From positions 34,658,001 to 34,722,000 of the forward strand of contig NC_043010.1 of assembly GCF_006345805.1 (NCBI RefSeq): a stretch of 64,000 nt of DNA, given 5' to 3'. The notes under the pieces were generated by a model that saw only the letters and a program-made list of their open reading frames with translations, did no database searches and was not told where the DNA came from. The stretch comes from Octopus sinensis (taxonomy: Eukaryota). A program made the position numbers and the translations under genes. Numbering within the stretch: position 1 is the stretch's first letter; every line of letters starts with the position of its first letter. This document shows positions 25,986 through 38,947 of this stretch, one piece after another.

Positions 25986-27469
25986 CCAAAGATAATTGAT
26001 TAGCCCTTTAGCATTTAAGCTGGTAGTATCCAGCCCAAATATTCACCCTTTTTTGTGTTCAAATTGGCCAGATCCTGCTTCTCTTACCTACCCTACAATG
26101 TTATTCTAAAAAAAAAGAAGATACGCATATTATTGAAAGGTACAATATAATGCATGATTAATTCAAAATATCATCATCATTGTTTAATGTCCATTTTTCC
26201 ATGCTGGCATGTATTGGACAGTTTAACATGGAGCTGGCTAACAGGGAGCTGTCCAGGCTCCAATTGTCTGCTGTAGCATGGTCTCTATAGCTGGATACCC
26301 TTCTTAACGCAAACCACTTAACAGAGTGTGCTGGGTGCTTTTTACATGCCACTGGCACAGGTGCATTAACACAGCACTGGCATGAGTAAAAGGAGAAGCC
26401 TATATGTGTTGAACACAGCGATTTTACTTAGCTTGACATGTCATATCAAATACTGCAAATCACTACATCTCCTGGTCCTATGTCATTTCCTTAGTGAGGC
26501 CCAGCGTCTGGAATGAATAAGCATTACATTTGACAGAGTAATTTGAATGCTAAAGTGTTAGATCAAAGAACAAAAACAGAAAGTTGAATGGCATATATTA
26601 TCACCAATTCTTGTTAAACCATAACGACTGCAAATAGAATCACATACTTGCAATGAGAATTCATTAAATACAGAGACTGGCACTAAATTTAAAACCTGAA
26701 TCCATCAATGTTTTGAAGTAAGCTGCAGCTGCCATTTGTGAAAGAGACAATTATTAGATTATGTCATGTAGCAGCATGGTTAGGCACCATTCATTTATTT
26801 TGATTTAAGAAAATAAATAAACAGTGTCTATCTTACCTGCCCATAAATACCATTCCTTCAAGGGTGTATGTTACTTCAAAGCATTGATGGACGGGTTTTA
26901 AATTTGGCACAGTTTTGTTGTCAATATCTCTGACAGCCTAATTCAATAGCCTACAGTTCTGATTGGCTGATTATATTCTTGCCAACTCCCATATTCACAC
27001 TGTTGGCATTACTTGTTTTGGATGTTCATATGTTATACTTGTTAATGTGACAGCATATCAGTTTTCTACTTACCTGCATTATGGTGGAACCTGAAGAGTT
27101 GAGAGACTCAGTCTAATGCATTGCATAATCTTGTAACTGTTGCATGTCCAACATACCAGCTGGTATGACATAGTGCTACTATAAAACCTCTTACTGAAAC
27201 ACTGTATGTGGCAATACTATATAATCCAGTCATTTGATTTTATTATGATATTACACATGCTTAAAGTTCTTGTCAATTATGAATACTCTTGTATTTGGTG
27301 ATTAACCAAACATCAGTGAACTTCCCCTCACTGGTGCATCCTTTGCCAATGGGATGGGTTGTCCATCTGTTAATCTGTGTAATACTGTCTAGCCATTAAA
27401 TGTAGTGTGTTTCATTTTGATATGCCTTGATTTGGTAAATGGATCCCCTTTAATTTATATACATATATA

Positions 27470-28402
27470 TTAAAATGTTGACCTTTGAGCTGCATTTTCA
27501 TGTTGGGGAAGAGATGGAAGTGTGCTGGTGCTAAATCTGGAAAATAGGGTGGGCACAGAAGCAATACCATGTTGTTTTTGGTGAGAAACTCACGAGTGAA
27601 GGGAGCTTAGTGACAAGAGTGCATTGTCATCATAAAGAATACAGACGTTAGGGTTGACTGCGTGGACCCATACGACAGACCAAAAGCATCAGCAATGTTG
27701 TTGATTGTCCTCAAACAATCCTCATTCACAAGCTGATTTTAAGCCGGCGAGCTGGCAGAAACTTTAGCCCACCGGGCAAAATGCTTAGCAGTATTTCGTC
27801 TGCCGCTACATTCAGAGTTCTAATTCCGCCGAGGTTGACTTTGCCTTTCATTCTTTCAAGGTGGATTAAATAAGTACCAATTATGCACTGGAGTCGATAT
27901 AATCGACTTACTCTGTTTGTCTGTCCTTGTTTGTCCTCTCCGTGTGTAGCCTCTTGTGGGCAGTAAAGAAATAAGTTGATGAATTTTCTCCATATTTCTG
28001 GGGAAAACACTCATGACAGGTCTTCCAGATCGCTCACCATCTTCCAGAGAGATCCTTCTACATATGAAGCACCTATGCCACTCAAAACATTGTGTATGAC
28101 CTACTGCCTCATCACTATAAGCTTGCCAAAGCATGATCAATGTCTCTGTAGCAGACTTCCCAAGTTTTAATGCAAAATTTCATATTGGCTCTTTGTTCCA
28201 ACTTCCTGTCCATGACAAAAGTTGCAGACTACAGCATATGTGATCACAAAAACACAAATTTCACAACTTGCAAAGTAAACACAGCAATGTCACTCAGCAC
28301 AGTACCACATGACGGTCACTGCTCTCACTGTGCATGCAGTCATGTGCTGCCATCTGTTGGTGCTCCACAGAACTAGTCTGGGAACTTTTTTATAGCACCT
28401 CA
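27470..28402 (-). mobile_element. Tc1/mariner transposon, internally deleted, interrupted by a SINE
   Basis: TA|TGAGGTGCTATAAAAAAGTTCCCAGACT end; MDRKLEQRANMKFCIKLGKSATETL...FEWH...LEDGERSGRP HTH region; PPYFPDLAPAHFHLFP matches the mariner YSPDLAP motif. Other TIR not found. Confidence 0.9.
27738..27972 (+). mobile_element. tRNA-derived SINE family C inserted in the mariner ORF
   Basis: agccggcgagctggcagaa head, gagttctaattcc B box; flanks AAGCTGAT / AAGTTGAT (7/8 TSD); mariner frame resumes across it. Confidence 0.85.
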
Positions 28403-28415
28403 TATATATATATAG

Positions 28416-28446
<31 letters not shown>

Positions 28447-28716
28447 ATTAATATTATATATATAATATTAGGGAGTATAAATCCAAACTTACAGGGGGAC
28501 TTCAATTTAGTTATTAAATCAAATTTCACAATATATATATATATATATAAATTGTCTATTTACTAATTATATACTGTTTATTTATTATTATATACTTTAT
28601 TGTGATCTAGATAAATGTTTTATCATATATTTTATTTTTTCTATATGGTTTATGTCTATCATTGTTTGACTTCCTTAATAGTGGTTTTTCTCTAATTTAT
28701 ATATATATAAATATAT

Positions 28717-29082
28717 AAACACCATCCGAGCGTGGCCGTCTGCCAGCCTCGTCTGGCACCTGGTGCGGTGGCACATAAAAACACCATCCGAGCGTGGCCG
28801 TTCGCCAGCCTCGTCTGGCACCTGTGTCGGTGGCACATAAAAACACCATCCGAGCGTGGCCGTTCGCCAGCCTCGTCTGGCACCTGTGTCGGTGGCACAT
28901 AAAATCACCCACTACACTCTCGGAGTGGTTGGCGTTAGGAAGGGCATCCAGCTGTAGAGAACACTGCCAGATCTGACTGGCCTGGTGCAGCCTTCGGGCT
29001 CCCCAGACCCCAGTTGAACCGTCCAACCCATGCTAGCATGGAAAACGGACGCTAAATGATGATATGATGATGATGATGATGA
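28717..29082 (+). mobile_element. Young SINE/LINE-tail family D with 3 x 62-bp internal tandem and (ATG)n tail
   Basis: Units recur at 28717, 28779, 28841; body homologous to 26160, 37940, 39545, 51325, 56440 and 56815. Confidence 0.8.
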
Positions 29083-29264
29083 TATATATATAATATATAT
29101 ATATTATATATATATATACAAAAAGCAATAAAGATTCAAGTTAATTTAAATGAATTTACTTGAATAAGGTACCTAACTTGATGCACCAAAAAAAAACTAT
29201 TGTTTTAAAATACAGTAATGTGGGGTGATTATAAGCGAAGAAAGAAGCAAACAAGAAGGATAGG

Positions 29265-29354
29265 TTTTAGTACAATCGTTTCATACAAGGACAGGCTTTA
29301 TTAAAGTTGTAAAAATTACAGCATATAAACGTGTCCCGTACTCATCAGCTAAAA
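29265..29354 (-). ncRNA. Type I hammerhead ribozyme (inverted copy)
   Basis: Near-identical reverse complement of 32754-32843; core, stems I-III and GUA site preserved. Confidence 0.8.
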
Positions 29355-29446
29355 TACATGTGAGTTCTCTAGACATCCTAGTGGTTGAGATATTATACTC
29401 ATAAAGATAATGTAGATAATTAAGTAACATAAACAGATTTCCAAGG

Positions 29447-31299
29447 TAACCAACCTAGTGGGCGCATATCTATTAAAATGCATAGCAAGGATTATACCAG
29501 AAATACAGGGGGTCTATATAGGGATGATGCTCTGTTTGTTATCCCTAGTAATAATAAATCTGTTATAGAAAGGATTAGAAAGAAAATTAATAAGTTCTTT
29601 AAGGATTTCAACCTCAGTATAACGTATGAACCGGGCACTAAAATAGTTAACTTCCTAGATATTACGCTTAGACCTTAACTCCAAGCTACATTACCCATTT
29701 AGAAAGGAAGGCGAAATCACGAATTACGTAAATAAATTATCAAATCATCCCCAAAATATAATAGAATCTTTAGTAAGAAATATTTCATTAAGAATTTCAA
29801 AATTATCATCCAATAAGGATATATTTAACTCCCATTCTGAGCATTATAATGAGGCGTTAACTAAGGCTGGATACAACCAAAAGATTACATTCGTTGATAA
29901 GGAGAACTCACGTATTCCTAATAATGAAGGTATCAGTAATCACGTAAGCAGCAATACAGACCAAGCCCGAAATAAAAGTAGAATTAAATTAATGGTAAAC
30001 GCTAATCTAGCGCACAGGCCCAACAATTCAAATAGAAGCATTGACCAGAACATAGGTAACTCGGATAACATTGAAGTAGATAAACCTAAGATGCACAAAA
30101 ATAAAAATAAAAAAATAATGGTAATAAATACAATAACTCCGGTGAGATGAATAGTAGTAATTCTACGAACCCTAAATTTAATAAAAAAGATATATTATGG
30201 CTGAATATCCCTTTCAACTGTGCGATACAATCGGATATACAGAACAAATTCAAAGTAATTCTGGAAAAAAATTTCCCTATCTCTCATAGATATCATAGAA
30301 TTATATCTAGGAAAACAGTTAGGATTTCTTATTCAACCCTCCCAAATATGTCCACTTTAATAGCTAAGATTAATAATAAAAACATTAAACTAGCCAGGAA
30401 AGATAGAAATAAAAATAATAATATCAGCATGAATACCAATAGCAATTATAATAATACTACAACAATAAAAAAACAATAGCAACTATCAAAACATAGGTGA
30501 AATTAGTAACCACAGAATGACTAATAACATTAACATTAATAGTAAATAATAACAATGCCGATATTAATAGAAGTAATAATGTTAATAATAGAAATAATAG
30601 ATATAAGGCTAATGGAGAAAATAAGGAGAATGAAAATATCAGTGATATTTATAACAGCAATATGCAGTCGGAAAAAAAGACTAACAATAATAGTAACATT
30701 ACCAATAATATAAGAAATCATGGTAGGACTTTAAACCTAAATGATGAAGCTGAAGGATCAATAAATAATAGCAATACTTTAGATATCAGCACCAACTATA
30801 GAAATGATAATCAAAATAATAGGAACCTAAGACATCTACCCAAGAATAATCCAAAGCCTGAAGTTGCTCCTCCTGTGTGTAAGTGTAGAATAAAATCAAA
30901 ATGCCCGGCACCTGGTCTATGTGGGGAAAATAATGTAATCTATAAATGTACCATATCCACGGAGAATAACAAATATCTTTACGTTGGATGTACAATTAAT
31001 TTCTAGCCAGAGTTAGAAATCACATCTCGTCTTTTAACTTACGTCATAAAGCTGGTACCACCACACTTTCAAACAAAATCTGGGAACTCAAAAATAATAA
31101 TAAAAATTATAACCTTAATTGGGAAATAGTTAGGAGAGCAATTCCGTATAAAAATAGTAGGGTTGGTTGCCAACTATGCTCCATGGAGACGTATGAAATT
31201 CTAAAGCATAGAAAACATAGAAACTTATTGAATAATCATATCGAACTAGGTCAAGTTTGTGTCCACGCTAAATTGAAGACTTTAAAATATTTTAAATGA
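29447..31299 (+). pseudogene. Penelope-like RT C-terminal half + Cys linker + GIY-YIG endonuclease (frameshifted)
   Basis: GLYRDD, VNFLDITL, LSNHP, ILWLNIPFN...ISYSTLPNM, CKCRIKSKCPAPGLC, VIYKC...YLYVGCT, RVRNH, LSNKIWELK, CQLCSME, VCVH; several frameshifts and stops. Confidence 0.92.
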
Positions 31300-32753
31300 T
31301 TAGAATATCCGTAACTAGATAGATAGATATAACTTGATTTCTACTAGTATAGCACTGCTTTAAGTAGATAACTAAGAGTTCTCACACTACAGTTATCTTT
31401 TTCCTATATCTGCATCAGTTTTTTGGGAACAGGGAAATGAATAGTACTTATACGCTGCTTAATTGAGGCCTTATTTAATTTCAAACTCATAATCTTTTAA
31501 ATTCTTAATTTTAAATCTTAATTGTAATTTTTAATTTTAATTCCTAACTTAATCTAATTTAAGTAGCATAACTCTAATAAAATAAAATGAGATACTATAG
31601 CCCCATAATTCTATTTCAAAATTAAATAAATAAGGCTACCCCCTCGGTGATAATATGATTATCTTCATTATGATAGACAATCCCCTAACACCTTGTAAAT
31701 GATCTTCTAAGATTTGACCTGTAGTCCGTCAATGTATGAATAATAACGGCAACTCCTTAAGACAATAAAATGAATAAATTAAATAAGTAAGTTTTATTGA
31801 CTTTTTGATAAGATTATACTTAGATTTTCCTAATGTATTTTCTTTTGATTTTAGCATCTGACCCCTAAACCCCTGACTGTGTTATCTCTTTAGATTCTCT
31901 TTAAATTCATAGCTGATTTCAACAGCAATAAATTAACTGTTTTACTGGCAAAGAATAATATTCTCCTCTAGTTCCTAGATGCCTGTAAATTAAAACCAGA
32001 CTTGCCGGCTACTAATTCTTCTGATAACTAGAACCCTCTTTTTTATTTTTATATTTTTCCCTTCTTTCCCTATTTCTTCTCTTTTCTCTTTTTCTGTTTC
32101 TTCTTCTTATTCTCTTTTTCCTTTTCTCTTCTCTTTTAGTCCCCTTCCCCCCCCTTTTTTTGCTCCCTCCTCCCTTATTTTCTCTCTTTTCTTCTATTCC
32201 CTTCCCTTTCTATTCTTGGCCTCTCCAGAAGGCCCTTCAGCCTTTATAAGTTAAATAGCTACAGCCTCTTGTAAATAGCAGTAATGTGATTAATGTGGCA
32301 AATACCTAATCATATAACAAGAATTGATACCTACCTCATTGTGTTCAACCATTGATAAATTTATCGCCTGTGAATATGAAATTCCTCTTCATTTCTCTGG
32401 AAACTTACATCTACACCATTGGAAATTGTGCATCTATACAAAGGATTAATTCACCCTCTCTGTAATGCTAATAAGCAGGAATTGAGACCCACCTCGTTGT
32501 GATTAACAATGGATAAATTTGTCTTCTGTGTATGTAATCCCTCATCATATCTCTGGAAATTCATATGTGCTCTATGGATTAGGTCACCTTCTCTGTGATG
32601 CTATTAGAACTTTTTTAAAATTCTGTGATAAGACTGTACATCATCTTTAAAGAACTTTAATGAACTTTGGAAATCTGTTTATGTTACTTAATTATCTACA
32701 TTACTTCATGAGTATAGCCTCAACCACTAGGATGTCTAGAGAACTCACATGTA

Positions 32754-32843
32754 TTTTAGCTGATGAGTACGGGACACGTTTATATGCTGTAATTTTACAA
32801 CTTTTAATAAAGCCTGTCCTTGTATGAAACGATTGTACTAAAA
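32754..32843 (+). ncRNA. Type I hammerhead ribozyme at the Penelope-like 3' end
   Basis: TTTTAG-CTGATGA-GTAC...GTAT-GAAA-C-GATT-G-T-A-CTAAAA: 6-bp stem I, extended stem II, 2-bp stem III, GUA cleavage after 32837. Confidence 0.85.
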
Positions 32844-33211
32844 ACCTATCCATTCTTGTTGCTTCTTTCTCGCGTATATATATATATAATATATATATTA
32901 TATATAATATGCGCACATGCACACACCACACATACATAAGTAGTCATAATGAAGTCAAACCAAATAGTGATATTTTGAAATCACTTAATATATACTATGA
33001 TTTAAAATTATTAGTATTTGGTTTGACTCCTTATTATACTTATACAACTCGATGGCAGGACAAACCAGCAGTAGACTGCCTTGTGCAAATACTCTTACAA
33101 TGATTTGGAGTAGTTTGCTACATTGATTTGAGTAAAAAATTTCTGGTACCATGCACCACTTCTTAGCATAACATGAAATAATATATATGTTATATATATA
33201 TATATATATAG

Positions 33212-33275
<64 letters not shown>

Positions 33276-33563
33276 TATATATATATACATACATACATGC
33301 TACTACATACAAAGATAAATACAAACATATAGAGAGAGATACAGAGAGAGACAGAGATAGAGATACATGTATGTATGTATACATGTTGTGGTATATATAT
33401 GTATATATATATATATATAAGCTTGAAATGTTACACTGACCTCTTTTTTTCTATCTTAAACTGAGCATCAACCTAATACATGCCCTGTGTATGTCCATTT
33501 GACTCTTGTACTTTTGCTCCTATTTGCTTATATGTGTGTGTGTGAGTGTGTATGTATTCATGC

Positions 33564-33596
<33 letters not shown>

Positions 33597-33886
33597 TACA
33601 TTCACACAAACATATATATACTATGCAGTGGAAGTCACTTATAATTGTAGCTAATGCAAACTGCTGGTTATTCTTATAAAAATGGGTTTGTCTCAAAGTC
33701 ATTACAATAAGGGGCATCCATTGAGTAATTTATCAGTGATTATCTATTTATCTGTGTGTATATTTATCTCTCTATGTGTACGTGTGAGCATATATATGTG
33801 TGTGTTGTGTGTGTATATATATATGTGTGAGTGTGTGTTTATATATATGTATTTATTTATAATATATATATATATGTATTATATAT

Positions 33887-33927
<41 letters not shown>

Positions 33928-33988
33928 GTGTATATATATATATGTATTCTATGTGTATGTATATATTGTATATATATATATTATATAT

Positions 33989-34019
<31 letters not shown>

Positions 34020-34476
34020 GTCTATCTGTGTGTTGCATTCATGCAAATAAGAATACATACATATTTATTAAAATATACATATACATGCTTTCATACAAAA
34101 TAGCTGTATACATATACACACATGCACAAACACACACACACACACACGCACACACACACATACATATATATATGTGTGTGTGTATATATGTACATATGTA
34201 TACACACACACACACACATATATATATATACATACATATATATATGTGTGTGTGTCTGAATCGGTGTGTATGTTTATACATGTGTGTGAACTGTAAAAAA
34301 TATCATTAATAAAACAACAAGAACATACAAATAATTTTCATTTTTAATAGTAGTTAAACCTTCTTACAAACTACCTGAATCCAGCCTGTCTAGTGCACCA
34401 GACTCCACTTCATCTCACAGGCCAGCTACACTACCATACCTGCACCCACTCCCACACTCATATGTAAACACACACA

Positions 34477-34522
<46 letters not shown>

Positions 34523-34619
34523 TGCATGTACACACACCAAACAGTTTCCTTGCTAGACAGGAAGACTGATGTTCTTATTACAGGGGAAGGACATAACTCT
34601 TGACCAAAAATACCTTGAC

Positions 34620-35220
34620 ATCTCCTCACCCTTTCCTGCCACTACTACAACACGCCACTGCTGCCACTGATGCCGCCACCACCGACGCCACCACCAGCGC
34701 CATACCACCACCACAACCACCGATGCCACTGCTGCTACCCCAATCACTGCTACCCACACTGGCAACGAAACACCACCAGCATCTCTAACAATTACACCCC
34801 CAAAACCATCATCACTATCGTTATCACCATTGCAACTAACACCACCACCACCACCACCACTACCACTACCACCACTAGTTTCACTACCCTCTGTACAACT
34901 TACAGTACAACCAGTGCTGCCACTGCAGCCAACACTACCTCCGTTACCATCACCGATACTAACTTTACAAATACCACCACAAACACCACCACCATCGCCC
35001 TATTATCAACACTTCTACTATTACAACCACCACTACTGTCACTACCACCACCACCATTCTCATCACTTCCACTATCACTAATCTGATGAAAATCACCATC
35101 CGCCCCCACCCCGCCCCCATCATCACCACCACCAATACCACCATCCCCACCATTACTACTCCCACTACTTCTACCACCACTTCTACTACTACCTCTAACA
35201 ACAACAACACCACTCCCCCT
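34620..35220. repeat. Cryptic (CAC/ACC/ACT)n low-complexity region
   Basis: Degenerate trinucleotide run giving Thr/Pro/His-rich frames. Confidence 0.8.
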
Positions 35221-35319
35221 GTCTTATTAATGAACACCCATAGCAGGATGCTAGCAAAAAATAAAAAAAACACTTGATGGACAACATCCCTTCTAGTCCC
35301 TGGTCAGAGAGCCAGACAG

Positions 35320-35350
<31 letters not shown>

Positions 35351-36093
35351 GAAACATATATTCACTTACACAAATACTAATACATTCGCACACATATAAA
35401 TACACGGAAATGCATATAAACACACAATGTTATACATGCATACGCACACACACACACACACAAACTCATGTGTATATATGTGTAATATATATATATATAT
35501 TATTATATATAATATATATATATATATTTATAGACATTCTTACATACATTCATACACCACCCCCATACAGACACACATACGCACACTCGCGCGCATGCAC
35601 ACACATACACATGCAGACACACACACACACAAATATATACACTCACGCATGCATAAATATATGCACTTGCAAATCCGCATGTGCACACTGGCAACCCCTA
35701 CAATGCACAAAACAGAATGAAAGTTGAACGGCACATGCACATTCATACACACATGCATGCACACATACACACGCACGCACACACACACACACACACATTC
35801 ACACACAGAGATACACACTACAGCGTTGTACTAAAATACTATAATATAGTAGAATGTGGGGTGGACGGAAGTATATGGTCAGACTTGGCATTTTATTAAA
35901 TTCATGTTTCTCACAGTATTGTATGTCTTTGCAATAGAATACAACAGGAGGCGGTCAGGAAGAAAGTTGACCAAAGCAAGGAGACTGTGTATAACACACC
36001 TTGGAATATATGTACATACATACACACATATACATATACCTACGTAAAGACATACGCATATATACATACATACATACATACATATACATATAC

Positions 36094-36129
<36 letters not shown>

Positions 36130-37939
36130 GTGTATGTATATATATGCACACACACACATACAAAAATATATTTTATATTATATTATATTATATCATATTA
36201 TATTATGATATATTGTTTTATATCATGTTACACATTTGATAGAGCTGGAATGTTATATTGATACTGATATATACAGATATCACACAGGTAGCAAAGAAAA
36301 TCACCCGTTTGACTTGACTTTTCCAGCTAAGATTTATCCATCAATGGGGTGATTCACTTAATTGAATATATAAATCTGTATCCATCCATCCATCTATCTG
36401 TCCGTCCGTCCGTCCATCCATCCATCCATCCATCCATCCATCAATCTATTTATATATATATATATTCCAATACACACAGATACCCAAATACACAAACACA
36501 CACACACACACACACACACACAAATATATTCACAAATACATATATGCGCTCCAACATGCTACAATGGACCAAACCAAACTTATTTTAATTTCATCCATTT
36601 AGTTTCACACCATATTTTTCAATTGATGAACTAAATTCTGCCCAGGATTTACTGCAAGAAAATTATTACAATGATCTGGTCACTAATTTCCATTTACAGT
36701 CAAGTGGCTTAAGCATGTGCAGTTAAGTGTCTTGCTTAAGGGCTGTACACTTAAGGACTCCACACTCCATGCACTTGACAGGCATTTAGTGTCGAGTGTA
36801 TTTGTGTGTTATGTGAATATATTTTTATTTCAGTGTGCATACATGTATTTGCGTGAGGGTGTGTTTGTAAATGTATGTATTTTTAAGTATGTGAATATAT
36901 TTGTGTGTATGTACATGTGTATTTTGTAGGTAGTTTCTGTTTGTTTTAATTTGCCAAGAATAACACAGCCAATTTTTCATTGAGAAGAATTTGGAATAAT
37001 AGTAACGAAGAATCATGACATAATATTGTGAAACAGAATTACTGAAAATATAAAAATGATGAATGGAACGAAAATATAAAGTCAATACAAAACAAAATAT
37101 ATAAAATAAAAGGAATATAAAGAATTGAAAACAAGAAGAGAATAACCAAAGCAAAAAAAACAAAAAAACTTTGAAAGTTGGAAAATTATGACATTCTGGA
37201 TTCTTGGTTTTTGTTTTTGTTGTTGTTTTGTTGCTGTTGCTGCCTTTGTATTATAAAAGAGAATTAGAAATATTTTCTTAGTTTCCAAGACATTTGGGGA
37301 AAGTTTTGTTGGAAAAAAAATCATTACTACAACATCCACCTCTTCCATCATCAGCATAAAAAAAAACAAAAACAAAAAAAATACAGAAGCTAAAACAAGA
37401 GTAAGAAGGTAAGATGCTTTGATATTTAATTATTGATTTCTTGTGATTTGATTTTTTAGAAAAATAACTATTTTTATAACTATTTTATGGAAACTTCTGA
37501 TCATCATCATCAACATTGTCATTGTCATCATTGTCGTTATTGTTGTCGTTATCATATGTCTGTGTGCATGTGTGTGTGTGTCTTTGGTGTCTTTGTGTCT
37601 GTGTTTGTTCCCCCATCACCCACTGACAACCAATGTTGGATTGTTTACATCCCCGTAATGTAGTGGTTCAGCAATAGAGACCAATAGAATAAGTACTAGG
37701 CTTAAAAAATATGTTATTGGGTTGATTTGCTTGACTAAAACCCTTCAAAGTGGTGCTCTAGCATGGCCGCAGTCAAATGACTGACATAAGTAAAATAATA
37801 AAAAAAATAGCAAAATATATATATATATATATATCTTCTCTCTCTTTCACTCAGTGCTAACACACAAAACTCTTGTACTTTGGGTTCCTCTTTTACTTCT
37901 GCAAAATATTATTAAAAAATAAAAATATAAATCATCATC

Positions 37940-38270
37940 ATCATCGTTTAACATTCGTTTTCCAGGCTGGCACAGGTTGGACGTTTCAACTGGGGTCTGG
38001 GGAGCCAGGAGGCTGCACCAGGCTCCAGTCTGATCTGGCAGTATTTCTACAGCTGTATGCCCTTCCTATCGCCAACTGTTCTGAGAGTGTAGAAGGTGCT
38101 TTTTTTACATGCCACCGGCATGGGCCAGAGCAGGCTGGCATTGACCACAGTTGGATGGTGCTTTTTAAGTTTCACCGGCACAGGAGCCATTTGAGGCGGC
38201 GCTGGCATCGGCCATGTTCGGATGGTGCTTTTTATGTGCTGCCAGCACGGGGACCACAATGATAATTTCC
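37940..38270 (-). mobile_element. Family D repeat
   Basis: Reverse-complement homology to 28717-29082, with catcatcat tail. Confidence 0.75.
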
Positions 38271-38857
38271 ATTTGACTGTGATTTGATTTGATTTGATTT
38301 TGATTTTGAGTTCTATCTTTCCTATTTTCATCAACATACCTGTATATATATATGTGTGTGTGTGTGTAGAAAATTATTGTTGACAGCAGTTTGCAATGTT
38401 TCACCAAAAAGGAAAACTATACTCATCACTAAATGTGACTAGGGTGTTAGAGACACCTACATTGCTAGAAATAAGAGCTAAAATGCTCTAATGCTGTAGT
38501 AGTGAAAGTACATAATTGTATACATATATACTGACAGGGACAGTAATCTTTTGCAAACACCGTTATATATATATATATATATAGAAGTTATGAAGAATTT
38601 ATGTCAAGATGACTCAAACTAACAGGCATGCATTCTGAGTGCTCAAATAGGTGTACCACCAAAATTCCAGTTGGAACAGTTGTGTGAATGTCCTGTTCAA
38701 AAACGGCTAAGTAGGTATAGGTTAAAGTAGTGAGGGAAGGCAAATGATTAGTCAAGGCAGGACAAGGACAAATGATTTCATTTAATTCAATTAAAAAATT
38801 TTACTACATATCAAATGGTAAAGATAGTACAAACTGGTAAAGCTACTATCTTTAACC

Positions 38858-38947
<90 letters not shown>

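Larger units (their letters stand above)
29234..32875 (+). mobile_element. Penelope-like retroelement, 5'-truncated, with ~210-bp inverted terminal duplication
   Basis: RT and GIY-YIG remnants; 29234-29446 is the reverse complement of 32665-32875; flanked by (TA)n tracts. Confidence 0.92.

Noticed and set aside
25649-25990. Apparent exon after a strong acceptor at ~25648
   Set aside because: Stops in all frames; better explained as a decayed RTE 3' fragment.
28717-28902. CRISPR-like or regular repeat array
   Set aside because: Contiguous 62-bp tandem units with no unique spacers, in a eukaryotic retro-element context.
30850-31900. Selenoprotein-type Penelope (UGA at Cys positions plus SECIS)
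   Set aside because: The conserved Cys positions seen use TGT/TGC codons, and I saw no convincing SECIS.
34600-35277. Mucin-like Thr-rich ORFs
   Set aside because: Cryptic CAC-type repeat with overlapping ORFs in many frames; no signal peptide or splice support.
36603-36725. Open frame FTPYFSIDELNSAQDLLQENYYNDLV after a good acceptor
   Set aside because: No convincing donor, and an equally plausible minus-strand reading exists.
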